A stretch of DNA of 64,000 bases, from positions 224,001 through 288,000 of the forward strand of contig CAVQKE010000003.1 in NCBI GenBank assembly GCA_963713045.1. Reading direction: 5' to 3'. Position 1 is the first letter of the stretch, and every line of letters starts with the position of its first letter. The notes under the pieces were generated by a model. That model saw only the letters and a list, made by a program, of their open reading frames with translations, did no database searches and was not told the DNA's origin. This document shows positions 41,931 through 51,127 of this stretch, piece after piece. Source of the stretch: an uncultured delta proteobacterium. Its GTDB lineage: Bacteria; Myxococcota; Myxococcia; Myxococcales; Myxococcaceae. The position numbers and the translations under genes are program-made.

Positions 41931-42722
41931 TTAGCGCGCTTCGCCGCCCGAAAACAGCGCGCGGAACGACTCGCCCTGGAGCTCGGCAAAGCGCGAGAGC
42001 TTGGCTACATGCAGCTCGTGGCGCCGCTTCGCTTCGGCCTTCGCGGACTCGGCCCCGTTCTTGATGGCGGCCACCTGCGCCTGCCAGCGGTCCTCGAGGG
42101 CGTGGGCCTTCGCCTTGAGCTGCGCCTGGCGCTCTTTCTGTTTTGCCCCGAGCTCCTTAAGGTCCGCGTCGAGCCGGGCCTTCACCTCTCCCGTGGCCTG
42201 CTTGACCTCGGCCCTCACGTGCGCCTGCTCCTCTTTGAGCGCGTTCATCTCGGTCTTGATGTGCGCTGCCGCGATCTCGTCGGTGGTCTGGCGAATGACG
42301 ACTCCGCCGAAGGGCGCCATCGCCGTGTCGATGGGCACGGTCCAGTCTTCCCAGACGCTCGCGATGACGGCGTAGGTGCCCTCATTGAGCTTGCCGGCGA
42401 CCTGCCGCACGAAGTCTCCACCGATGCCCGAGTAAACGACGTCGGTCGTCAGGCCCGCCGCGCCGCCGATCGCAGCCCCGGCCGCTGCCCCAGCCGGACC
42501 CGCGAGGAGTCCCGTCAGGGCACCGAGGCTGGCGCCCAGCAACGTGCCCAACGGGCCGTCCGGTCCGTTGTCGCGCACGACCAGCACCTCGCCCTTCGCC
42601 TTCTTGATGACGGCCGATGAGTACAGCTCGATGGAGCCCTCCAGACTGAGTTGGCTCAGCGCCTTGATGGCCTCGTAGGCCGCTTGGTCGCTTTGAACGA
42701 TGACAACGATATCTCTGTCCAT
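41931..42722 (-). CDS. DUF1269-like membrane protein with coiled-coil tail
   Basis: Glycine zipper GTLLGASLGALTGLLAGPAGAAAG and EDWTVPIDTAM; RBS AGGGAG. Confidence 0.75.
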   Translation of the reverse strand: MDRDIVVIVQSDQAAYEAIKALSQLSLEGSIELYSSAVIKKAKGEVLVVRDNGPDGPLGTLLGASLGALTGLLAGPAGAAAGAAIGGAAGLTTDVVYSGIGGDFVRQVAGKLNEGTYAVIASVWEDWTVPIDTAMAPFGGVVIRQTTDEIAAAHIKTEMNALKEEQAHVRAEVKQATGEVKARLDADLKELGAKQKERQAQLKAKAHALEDRWQAQVAAIKNGAESAKAEAKRRHELHVAKLSRFAELQGESFRALFSGGEAR

Positions 42723-42913
42723 GGTCAATTCTCCCTTGTCTCAGTTTGAGAACCGGCAGCCGGTGGCCCATCGGGTCGACTCGGTTCGACCCCACGGCGC
42801 TGCAACGAGCAAGCCAGGCACTGACGGGAAATGGCCCCGTACTTGCACTGGTCGGATTTGTCGTAATGACACTGCTGTTCATCGTTCGCATCAATGAGTC
42901 TGCGAGGTTGCCA

Positions 42914-43282
42914 ATGGCGAACATCGTTCTGTGGGTGATTCATGGGCTCGTGGCCGTGGTCGTCGCCTTGACCGGCATTGTGAAAATCGTGATGCCGCGG
43001 GAGCGGCTTGCGGAACGCATGCACTGGGCGGGTTCGTGGCCTAGTTGGCGCATCAAGCTGCTGGGGCTAGCCGAGGTCCTGGGCGCAGTGGGGCTGGTTT
43101 TTCCCGCAGCGACCGGCATTGCGCCGGTGCTCACGCCGCTTGCTGCGGTCTGCCTCGCCGTGCTGATGGGAGGTGCAGTCCAGACGCACCGGCGCTTTCG
43201 CGAAGGCTTCGCGCCGGCCGCGGTCATAGGAGTCCTTTGCCTGGCCATCGCGGCCGTGCGCTTCGCCAGCGTGACCGCGTGA
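42914..43282 (+). CDS. DoxX-like membrane protein
   Basis: IKLLGLAEVLGAVGLVFP and MGGAVQTH. Confidence 0.8.
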   Translation: MANIVLWVIHGLVAVVVALTGIVKIVMPRERLAERMHWAGSWPSWRIKLLGLAEVLGAVGLVFPAATGIAPVLTPLAAVCLAVLMGGAVQTHRRFREGFAPAAVIGVLCLAIAAVRFASVTA

Positions 43283-43383
43283 GTAACAGCTTTGACGTCG
43301 GCTTCGGGACCGGGCGCGGCGCCGTCGTGGCAGCCTGCTTGGAGCGCGCGGCGTGCATACAGCTCGTGGCTCGAGGGCTGTGC

Positions 43384-43483
43384 GGCCGAGCTGTTGCAGT
43401 GTCGCGGGCGACTGTTTATGGCCTAATGAAGCCGCTCGGTAACAATGCGGCGCTGATCATTTAGAAGACAACCGTTGACGGCA
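43384..43483. repeat. 100-bp repeat, probable transposon end, copy 1
   Basis: Similar to 48059-48158; the minus strand begins TGCCGTCAACGGTTG. Confidence 0.7.
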
Positions 43484-43504
43484 CACGTCGAGGCCGCAGG
43501 ACAA

Positions 43505-43773
43505 TGAGGCGTTGGTGGAGGCCGCCGTGGACCGCTTCGGCGTCCTTCACATTGCGGTGAACAAACGCCGGCACCTCCGGCCCGATGGTGCCGAGCGCGG
43601 AGGGCGAAGGTGTTGGGCGTCAGCCTGTCGGGCGTGTTGGCATGCGCTCACAGATCCCCGCGCTAAAGGCGTCGGGTGGCGGATTCAACGTCAACATCGC
43701 CGCGGTGCTCGGCCAGCTCGGCCTGCGTAAATCGGCGGCGTACGTCGCGGCGAAGCACGGGGTCGTCGAGCTA
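43505..43773 (+). pseudogene. SDR middle fragment, inverted
   Basis: AVDRFGVLHIAVN..., VNIAAVLG and AYVAAKHGVV (YxxxK), with frameshifts. Confidence 0.7.
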
Positions 43774-43974
43774 GAACGCAGCGCTCGCGTACGCACTGGA
43801 CAAAGGGACCGTCGCTTGAGGCTTGCGCAGCGCGCCGTCTTCGATGATGTCGCACACGACGACGCGGGCTCCCGCTTCGCCTAGCTTGACAGCCACCTCC
43901 CTGCCGATACGGCGGCCGGCTCCGGTGACAAGCGCGACTCTTCCCTCGAGCAACACGACGTTCTCTCTTCTCAC
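43774..43974 (-). pseudogene. SDR N-terminal fragment
   Basis: VALVTGAGRRIGREVA; coupled to yceI; truncated. Confidence 0.75.
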
Positions 43975-44519
43975 GCTACGAGCTGCGCTGGCTGTTTTAC
44001 GGCCTCGACTTCGATCTCCACGTCCACCTGGTCGCCGACCACGGTGCCGCCCTCACCGAGGAGCCGGTTCCAGGTAACCCCGAAGTCACGCCGGTCGAGC
44101 GACACTGTGGCGGTGAAGCCGGCACGCTCGTTGCCCCAGGGGTCCTTGGCGCGGCCGGTCAGCTTCACGTCGAGCACCACCTCTCGAGTGGCCCCGCGGA
44201 TGCACAAGTCGCCCGCCATCCGGAACCTGTTGGCGCCCGACGCCTTCACTCGAGAGCTCTGGAAGGTGACCTCGGGGTAGTTTCGGACGGCGAGGAACTC
44301 GTCCGACTTGAGATGCCGGTCGCGCTCGTCCAGACCGGTCTCGATGCTCGACGCGTCGATCACCGCCGCGACGCGCGCGCCCGCCAAGTCCTCGCCGTCC
44401 ACTTCGATCCGAGCACTCCAGCGCGTAAACCTGCCCCGGACCTTCGCCAGCATCATGTGGCGCACCGAAAAGTGAAGGCCCGAATGCCCGCTGTCGACGG
44501 CCCAGCGCTCCGTGTTCAT
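43971..44519 (-). CDS. YceI family protein
   Basis: VDSGHSGLHFSVRHMM, RDRHLKSDEF and LDRRDFGVTWN. Confidence 0.92.
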   Translation of the reverse strand: MNTERWAVDSGHSGLHFSVRHMMLAKVRGRFTRWSARIEVDGEDLAGARVAAVIDASSIETGLDERDRHLKSDEFLAVRNYPEVTFQSSRVKASGANRFRMAGDLCIRGATREVVLDVKLTGRAKDPWGNERAGFTATVSLDRRDFGVTWNRLLGEGGTVVGDQVDVEIEVEAVKQPAQLVA

Positions 44520-44532
44520 GCGCGGGTGTCAA

Positions 44533-44548
44533 AGCAATCCGCAGACCA
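44533..44548 (-). promoter_or_regulatory. Sigma54 promoter of yceI
   Basis: TGGTCTGCGGATTGCT (GG-N10-GC), with the same spacing to the ATG as the 40058 site. Confidence 0.7.
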
Positions 44549-44644
44549 ACGGGGCAACCCATGACTTGCGACGACGGCGCAGCGCCCGGCGCGCGACCAC
44601 ACTCTCATTACGATAGTGAGCTCTCAGTTTGATAGGGGGCTCAA

Positions 44645-44730
44645 ATGCGCGCGGCGGACTTGAACTTGAGGGAGTTGCTCTCTGGCGAGGAGGAGGCAGT
44701 TATCCGGTTTGCGGGCGAGCGCGCGCTGAA
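44645..44730 (+). pseudogene. 5' stub of a second XylR-type activator
   Basis: MRAADLNLRELLS...IRFAGERAL matches the N-terminus of the 40160 gene, then similarity ends. Confidence 0.75.
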
Positions 44731-44854
44731 GGACGACCTAAGCGCAGTCGCTAAAGGCCTATATTTTCCGGCCTCATCCAACCCAAGGGCGGCTCGCTGC
44801 CGCAACGGCACGGCGATTGCTTTGAGTCCAGGTGAACTCAACAGGAGTCAAACC

Positions 44855-45397
44855 ATGAAGAGCAATCAATCCGTTAGCCGCAGATCCATCGAGGAGAGTC
44901 AGATGATCAAGAGTGTCGACCGCGGTGACAGCCGAGCCGTGCGCAACCTGGAGAACGTCATCACTTGGAACGATATGATGATCAACCAGAAGCGGCCGAA
45001 GGAAGCGATCGAGAAGTACACGCGTCCGGATTACATCCAGCACAATCCCCTGCTTGTGGACGGTCGCCAGGGGATCATCAACTACTTCACAAAAGTCACG
45101 ACGGAGCATAAGAACGCCCGCCTCGTGTACCACCGCGCCATCGCCACCGGTGACTACGTGTACACCCACGGCGTGTTCTACAACTTCATCGATGACAATC
45201 CCGACGACCACGGGATGGCAGTCGTCGACATCTTCCGGATGGACGACGAAGGCAAAGCGGCTGAGCACTGGGACGTGCTGCAACTCGTCGGCGATCCGAA
45301 GTCCAACGTCGCTCCGCCTTTCGGGCCTGCGGTCTTCGGAAAGCCTGTTCCCGCCCAGAACCTCAACGGCATGGTCGAAGGCACAGACGAATCGTAA
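44855..45397 (+). CDS. SnoaL/NTF2-like protein
   Basis: DYIQHNP, VVDIFR and EHWDVLQ; RBS AGGAG. Confidence 0.85.
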   Translation: MKSNQSVSRRSIEESQMIKSVDRGDSRAVRNLENVITWNDMMINQKRPKEAIEKYTRPDYIQHNPLLVDGRQGIINYFTKVTTEHKNARLVYHRAIATGDYVYTHGVFYNFIDDNPDDHGMAVVDIFRMDDEGKAAEHWDVLQLVGDPKSNVAPPFGPAVFGKPVPAQNLNGMVEGTDES

Positions 45398-45583
45398 ACT
45401 GACGGCCGGCCCCGGCCGGGTAGACCCGCGCCCGGCCGGGGCCGAGCTGTTCTGGTCAGGATGAACGAAACAAGAACGCCTTCAGTTCCGGCCCAGCAGG
45501 CCATCACAGCGGCATTGCCGCCGACGCACGCGTTCGGCGGGCGTTTCCGGCCCAGGGCTCAATCACGCAGAAAGGAGCGCAGC

Positions 45584-46516
45584 ATGCGTGCAGCAGTCGT
45601 TGATGCCCTTGGTGACGTCCCGGTCGTCGTCAAGTTCGCCGATCCCACAGGCGACGACGTGGCAGAGGTCGTCGCCGCCCCGTTGAACCCGTCCGACTTA
45701 ATGGTCGTGGCCGGACAGATGGCCGCCCGGCGGCCCTCTCCCCCGTTCATCGCCGGCGTTGAAGGCATCGCTCGCCTCACGGACGGCACGTTATCCTACT
45801 TCACCGGCCCGAGGCTGCCCTATGGCTCCCTCGCCGAGCGCGTGCCGCTGGCCGGAGCGGAAACCTACACGGTGCCAGCCGGCCTCGACCCGGCATTCGC
45901 GGCAGCGCTCGGGGTATCCGGTATCGCCGCCTGGCTCTCGCTGACCAACACCGGCCGCCTCACGCCCGGGGAACGGGTGCTCATCCTGGGCGCCGAGGGA
46001 CAGGTCGGGCAACTGGCAACCCAGCTCGCGCGGCTGCTGGGCGCATCGCAGGTCGTCGGTGCGGTCCGAGCCGACCAGCACCGCCGAGTGGTCCTCGAGC
46101 ATGGCGCGGATGCCGCCGTGTCGACAGCCGAACTGGACACCCTCAGCGAACGGCTACGGGCGGTGGTAGGCGACGGCATCGATTCGATCCTCGACTTGGT
46201 CTGGGGGCCGGTCATCGCCCATGCGATCGACGTGGCTCGTCTGCGCGCCCGGGTCGTCCAGGTCGGCAACGCCGCAGGCGCGACGGCGACGCTCGCAGCG
46301 CCAATCTTTCGCAACAAGCTGGTCAGCATCCTGCCGCACGCCAACTGGACCTTCCCCGCCGCGGAGCGCGCCGCCGCTTTTGAACAGCTCGCGGCGTACG
46401 CCCATAGTGGCGCGCTGCGCCTCGACGTCGAACGCGTGCCCCTCAACGACGCTGCGTCGGCGTGGACGCGGCTCGCGGCCGGCACCGCCACCCGCAAGCT
46501 CGTCATCATCCCATAG
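45584..46516 (+). CDS. MDR quinone oxidoreductase-like protein
   Basis: APLNPSD, AGVEG and LILGAEGQVG; RBS AAGGAG. Confidence 0.85.
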   Translation: MRAAVVDALGDVPVVVKFADPTGDDVAEVVAAPLNPSDLMVVAGQMAARRPSPPFIAGVEGIARLTDGTLSYFTGPRLPYGSLAERVPLAGAETYTVPAGLDPAFAAALGVSGIAAWLSLTNTGRLTPGERVLILGAEGQVGQLATQLARLLGASQVVGAVRADQHRRVVLEHGADAAVSTAELDTLSERLRAVVGDGIDSILDLVWGPVIAHAIDVARLRARVVQVGNAAGATATLAAPIFRNKLVSILPHANWTFPAAERAAAFEQLAAYAHSGALRLDVERVPLNDAASAWTRLAAGTATRKLVIIP

Positions 46517-46529
46517 AGAGGAGTCGAAC

Positions 46530-47405
46530 ATGACCACCGATGTGAGAAGCAACAATGCCCCCGCCGCCGCGATCACCGGGGCCGGAGCAGGGTTGGGACG
46601 ACAGATCGCCCTCGGCCTCGCCGAACAGGGCTACCGGGTGTTCGGCACCGCGTTGTCCTCCCAGGAGGTCGAAGACCTCCGGAAGGCTTCAGACGGATCC
46701 GTGCGACTGACGATTGTCGACGTAACCGACGACCAAGCGGTGCACTCGTGGGCGGAGCAGACCACCGGTGAGCTCGGCGACCACGGGCTCGACGTGCTGA
46801 TCAGTAACGCCGGCATCCTCACCCCAGGTCCACTCGAGGTGCTGCCCCTCCACGCGATACGCCACGAGTTCGACGTGAACATGTTCGGCAGCCTTGTCGT
46901 CATCAACGCCTTGCTCCCCGCTCTGCGCAGGGCCCGAGGACGGATCGTCCAGGTCGGCTCGGCGACTGGCAAATTCCCCCTCCCGTTCAACGGCCCGTCC
47001 AGCGCATCGAAAGCGGCGCTCGAAGCGTTCGCCGACGTCTACCGGGCCGAGCTCAAGCCGTTCGGCGTCCACTTCGTGATCGTGGAGCCAGGCAACATGG
47101 CCACCGGCGGCCCGGCGGCCACCGCCCGCGCGCTACAGAAGACAGCCGAATCCATGACGGCCCAGGAGCGCGCGCTCTACGGCGACGCCTTCGCCGCGTT
47201 CAGCGCCACGTTCAACAGCATGCAAACCGGTGGACTCGACGCCGCCACGGCAGCGGCACGCGTCATCCAGGTTGCCCAGCAACAGCCTGCGCCGATCCGC
47301 GTAGCGATCGGAGCGGACGCCGACCAACTCATGAAGGCCGTCCACGAACAGACTGACGAAGAGCTCGACGCTCTCCGCATGCGAGTCGCTGGACTGGACA
47401 CCTAG
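46530..47405 (+). CDS. SDR family oxidoreductase with atypical active site
   Basis: TGAGAGLG, SNAG and VEPG; SSASK in place of YxxxK. Confidence 0.85.
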   Translation: MTTDVRSNNAPAAAITGAGAGLGRQIALGLAEQGYRVFGTALSSQEVEDLRKASDGSVRLTIVDVTDDQAVHSWAEQTTGELGDHGLDVLISNAGILTPGPLEVLPLHAIRHEFDVNMFGSLVVINALLPALRRARGRIVQVGSATGKFPLPFNGPSSASKAALEAFADVYRAELKPFGVHFVIVEPGNMATGGPAATARALQKTAESMTAQERALYGDAFAAFSATFNSMQTGGLDAATAAARVIQVAQQQPAPIRVAIGADADQLMKAVHEQTDEELDALRMRVAGLDT

Positions 47406-48058
47406 TGTTAGTCTAGCGCTCCCTGTCGCAGCGTCGGCTTCGTAAAAGCTACGACAGATGGAGCCGTTGGACGGTCTTGAGCGTTGGAGGGTCCTCCAGT
47501 CGTGTAATAATTACCGAGGGTAGCGCGCGTCGGGAATACCGCTGGAGTCGGACCTTCAGTGCCCTTTACGCCGGAGGCCACGGGGTTCAAGTCGCGTCTG
47601 CATTGCGCGTCTTTTGGAATGGCTCCCGCGACCTCAGTCCGAGGCCCAGACGAAAGCCTCAAGATCCTCAAGGCGGATACGAATGGCGTTGCTAGCCGCA
47701 CCTTGGGCGAGCTGGCCTCGCCCACAAAGCCCATAGACCGTAAATGCCGCGACACGCGAACGCTCAGGAGGCGAACCCGCTCCTGAGGGACGACCGTGAG
47801 ACGCGCTCTGCCCCCCCTGAAGGCCGGGCCGCCGCTCTTAGCCACCACAGAAGGCGGTGAACACCGGGTGAACAGAAAGGTCGTCCAGGGAGTCTTTGAG
47901 CGTCGGTTTGTCTCGAGGGCCCTGCCCCACCCCCAGTAGTTGTGAATGGTTGGACGCGTGCGGGCGGCGGCGGACAGTCGATGTGGCTGCCTCCGGAGCC
48001 GAGGCCTGGGGCCAGGCGCGCCGCATCGACTCGACGCTGAGCGTCTCGAGGGCTGAGT

Positions 48059-48158
48059 GGCCGCGCTGTTGCACTTTCGCGGGCGACTGTTGATGGCCTG
48101 GTGGTGCCGCTCGGTCACGATGCGGCGCTGATCACTTAGAAAACAACCGTTGACGACA
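48059..48158. repeat. 100-bp repeat, probable transposon end, copy 2
   Basis: The minus strand begins TGTCGTCAACGGTTGTTTTCTAAGTGATCAGC. Confidence 0.7.
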
Positions 48159-48354
48159 CATCCGGCGGACAAAAGGCCCCGGCTAACAGTTGGGCGGAGA
48201 GCGCATCGGGTACATCTCGACTCTCCCGGCGGAGAGCGATTCGCCAGGCCCTTGAAATGACCGCGACGACCGTCGGAGCGGGTTTGCGGGTGTTCAGCGC
48301 GCGGTAGCCAAACTCAATGCGCGACCACCCGCTGGGGACCGTCGCCTTGAGGCA

Positions 48355-48879
48355 CTACCGTGGACCAGGAGGAGTCGAGACGACGTCGACGGCGATTGCC
48401 CAGGAGTTGCGGATAGCGAGTGTAAGCAGCGACAACATGCCGGCAGCCACGAAGGCGAGCGCGTGTTGGCTTCCCTGAAGCAGGAGAACGGCGCCAGCTA
48501 CGAGAAGACTGTCAGCCGCAATAGGAAGGAGCACGAATTGGAGAGGCTCAGAGCCGGCGTAGGTGTGCCGTTCACCACCTCGCCTGACCAACAACGAAAC
48601 TTCATAAGTCCAGCCGAGAAGACCCACGAGGCCGACGCAAATGGCAGCGGAAAACTGCGTGTGATTTGGAAACATCAAAACAGTGGCGACGCCGAGTACC
48701 GAGCCGAAAAGGACGACCGTGGGCGTAAGGTACAAACGAATCTTGTCGACATCCTCCGGAGGGGAGCGCTCGGCGGCGATTGTGATGACTACAAACAGCA
48801 GTCCGATTAACGTCGCGGCTGCTGTCGAGGTGGCGAGATAGAAGTTCGCCCATCGGTCAAGAGACAGCTCCGTCTGCAT
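48355..48879 (-). CDS. Hypothetical membrane protein
   Basis: WANFY...AATLIGLLFV...AIRNSW with about five TM helices; RBS GGAGG. Confidence 0.75.
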   Translation of the reverse strand: MQTELSLDRWANFYLATSTAAATLIGLLFVVITIAAERSPPEDVDKIRLYLTPTVVLFGSVLGVATVLMFPNHTQFSAAICVGLVGLLGWTYEVSLLVRRGGERHTYAGSEPLQFVLLPIAADSLLVAGAVLLLQGSQHALAFVAAGMLSLLTLAIRNSWAIAVDVVSTPPGPR

Positions 48880-49224
48880 TGAGGGCCCTCCCCGATGCTG
48901 CGTCTAAACGGGCACGGATGGAGTCTAATTCTGCGGGTCCCCCCTGCGGATGCCCACAGTCTACCAGCAGAGACGCCTGCATCTTTCGTTCGGAGTCCGC
49001 ACGAGCGCCGCCGGTCTGAGGCTACTTCGACTCCGCAGGAAAGCGGTCTGGCGCAAAAACCTCGGCCTGATGCCGGGGCTCGGCTCCTTCTAGGCAGCAG
49101 GGTGGTGCAAAAGCTGAAGGTTTGCGCCGCCGCTGCTGCGGAGGTTCTGGGAGCACATCGACGACCGCATTGGCCTTCTTCGACGCGCTTAGACTTGCAT
49201 GGAGGGCCCAAAAGTCGCTTGAGA

Positions 49225-49248
49225 GGGTTCGAATCCCGGCAGGATCAT
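49225..49248 (+). repeat. tRNA-Glu 3'-end att repeat, copy 5 (degenerate)
   Basis: GGGTTCGAATCCCGGCAGGATCA (1 mismatch), preceded by AGTCGCTTGAGA. Confidence 0.85.
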
Positions 49249-49305
49249 TTTACTTAGTAGTAGTGGCAACCAAAGTGGCAACCGAGCTGGCCCGGCGGCC
49301 CCTCT

Positions 49306-49356
49306 GAGCTGGGCGGGTTCTGGGAGGTCTACTGCGAGGTCTCCGCGACGACTCGC
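49306..49356 (+). repeat. 51-bp internal fragment of vapC
   Basis: Matches 37181-37231 with 2 mismatches. Confidence 0.85.
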
Positions 49357-49402
49357 CCAGCGCCACAGTCGAGAGCTTAGGCCATCGGGCCCGGCGGGAC
49401 CG

Positions 49403-49696
49403 CTACGGCCCGGCATCGTACTTATACAGGCCGCAGTACTTACACCGGAAGTCTCCAAGCCATCGGCCGCAGAGCGGCTGATGGCATCTGGGACACGTCC
49501 ACAGCTGAAGCGAGAGCGTGCCCACCACGAAAGATGAGACGCCGGCGATTATGAGCCACCCCACGCTCCGCTCCGGCAAATGGTACCAGTGCCCGTTCGG
49601 CCCAAGGACGGTGAGGACCAGCATCGACATCAGGAAGACCCAGCGGCGGCGGCGAAACCGTCGCCAGGCCAAGGCATAAGGTCCGTCCGCCGTCAT
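49403..49696 (-). CDS. Small membrane protein with zinc ribbon
   Basis: Two TM helices, then CPRC...CKYC. Confidence 0.55.
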   Translation of the reverse strand: MTADGPYALAWRRFRRRRWVFLMSMLVLTVLGPNGHWYHLPERSVGWLIIAGVSSFVVGTLSLQLWTCPRCHQPLCGRWLGDFRCKYCGLYKYDAGP

Positions 49697-50180
49697 CGCT
49701 TCGCCGCCCGTGCCCTCTTCCGGTCCTGCCTTATCAGTTGCCGGTAGCGCTGGTACTGCAGGAGCTGCAGGTACGCGAGGGGGTTGAGTCCCAGCTTCAC
49801 GGCGTCCCTCTCCAGCCGGGCCGCGACAAACGCCAGTCCGCCTGCGTGCGATTGCTTGTCGACACTTAGACCATTTTGAGTCCTATTTGAGACTAACACA
49901 GGACTCAGACTAGGACAAGAGGACCCTAAGGCACGCCGCAAACTTGGGGGCCCCCCCAACCTGTCGGGAGGCCAAGGCCCCCATCCGACCGCCTCAAAGC
50001 AGGGCCAGGAGGCATGAGCCGCTGCTGCTGGCGCATCCCCTCAGGCCCATCCTTCCGGTCGCCGATGCGACCGAACGCGCAGCTGCCAATCTCTGCCGGG
50101 CTGCGGGAGAACGCTACGCCACTAGCGCCGCGCTGACGATTGTTGATGGCTGCTTCCCTTTGCAGACGAGCGCCGAGTTA

Positions 50181-50256
50181 TAGACTGTTGAGTCTACAAC
50201 GATTCCCATTGTCATTGCGGCCGCCTGATGCCGACCATTATAGACCGATCAGTCTA
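50181..50256. promoter_or_regulatory. Two TetR (NemR-like) operator palindromes
   Basis: TAGACTGTTGAGTCTA (50181) and TAGACCGATCAGTCTA (50241) upstream of the SDR-tetR pair. Confidence 0.75.
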
Positions 50257-50295
50257 AAACAGCAGGCGCTTCAAACAAACCGCGAGGGCACACGA

Positions 50296-51041
50296 ATGAA
50301 TCGATTTGAAGGCAAGACCGCAATCATTACGGGCGGGACGACTGGAATTGGGTTCGCCACTGCCAAGCTTCTCATTTCCGAAGGCGGCAAGGTGGGCGTC
50401 ACGGGGCGCACCGAAGCTTCCATCAAGGCCGCACGGCAGGAATTGGGACTGGGTAACCACGTGTGGCATTCCGACTCCGGGAAGCTCTCGGACATCGAAG
50501 TCTTGGCTAAGAGCGTCAAGGCCGCGTTTGGAAACATCGATCTGCTCTTCGTGAATGCGGAGTCGGCAAATTTGTAGCACTCGAGCAAGTAACCGAGGCC
50601 AACTTCGACGAGACGCTTTCGATCAACCTGAAGGGGGCTTTCTTCGCCGTTCAGAAGCTGTCGGGGCTTATAAAACCGGGAGGCAGCGTGGTGTTGACGA
50701 CCACCATCGCGGACGAAAAGGGCATGCCTGGCGCCAGCTTCTACGCTGCTTCCAAGGCCGGGCTTCGGTCGCTCGCTCGCTCTTTTTCAGCCGAACTTTT
50801 GGCGAAGGGGATTCGTGTGAACGCGGTAAGCCCAGGGCCAATCGACACCCCGATTATAGACAAGCTGGGGATGTCCCCCGAACAGAAGGCTGGCTTCGTC
50901 ACCCACATGACCAACTCGAATCCGATGAAGCGGGTCGGGAAGAGCGAAGAAGTTGCCAAGGCAGTCCTGTTCTTGGCCGTGGATGCGACCTACTCCACCG
51001 GCCTCGAATTGAACGTCGACGGCGGCGCTGGTCAGCTGTAA
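50296..51041 (+). pseudogene. SDR oxidoreductase, frameshifted
   Basis: TGGTTGIG, LFVNA then a shift near 50560, YAASK and NAVSPGPIDT. Confidence 0.85.
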
Positions 51042-51127
51042 ACCGCTATCTGCTTCCGGTGCAACGCGGGGAGTCCGACTGCGGTGGGTTAAGCCCGCAG
51101 CTATAGTGCGACCGAGGAGTGTGGCTA

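Noticed and set aside
44645..45397. A genuine XylR_N-SnoaL fusion protein
   Set aside because: Only about 28 activator codons remain and the SnoaL gene has its own RBS and ATG at 44855, so the shared frame is probably chance.
47408..48172. 254-aa minus-strand ORF
   Set aside because: Arg/Pro/Ser-rich with no domain, and it runs across a repeat; probably non-coding relic DNA.
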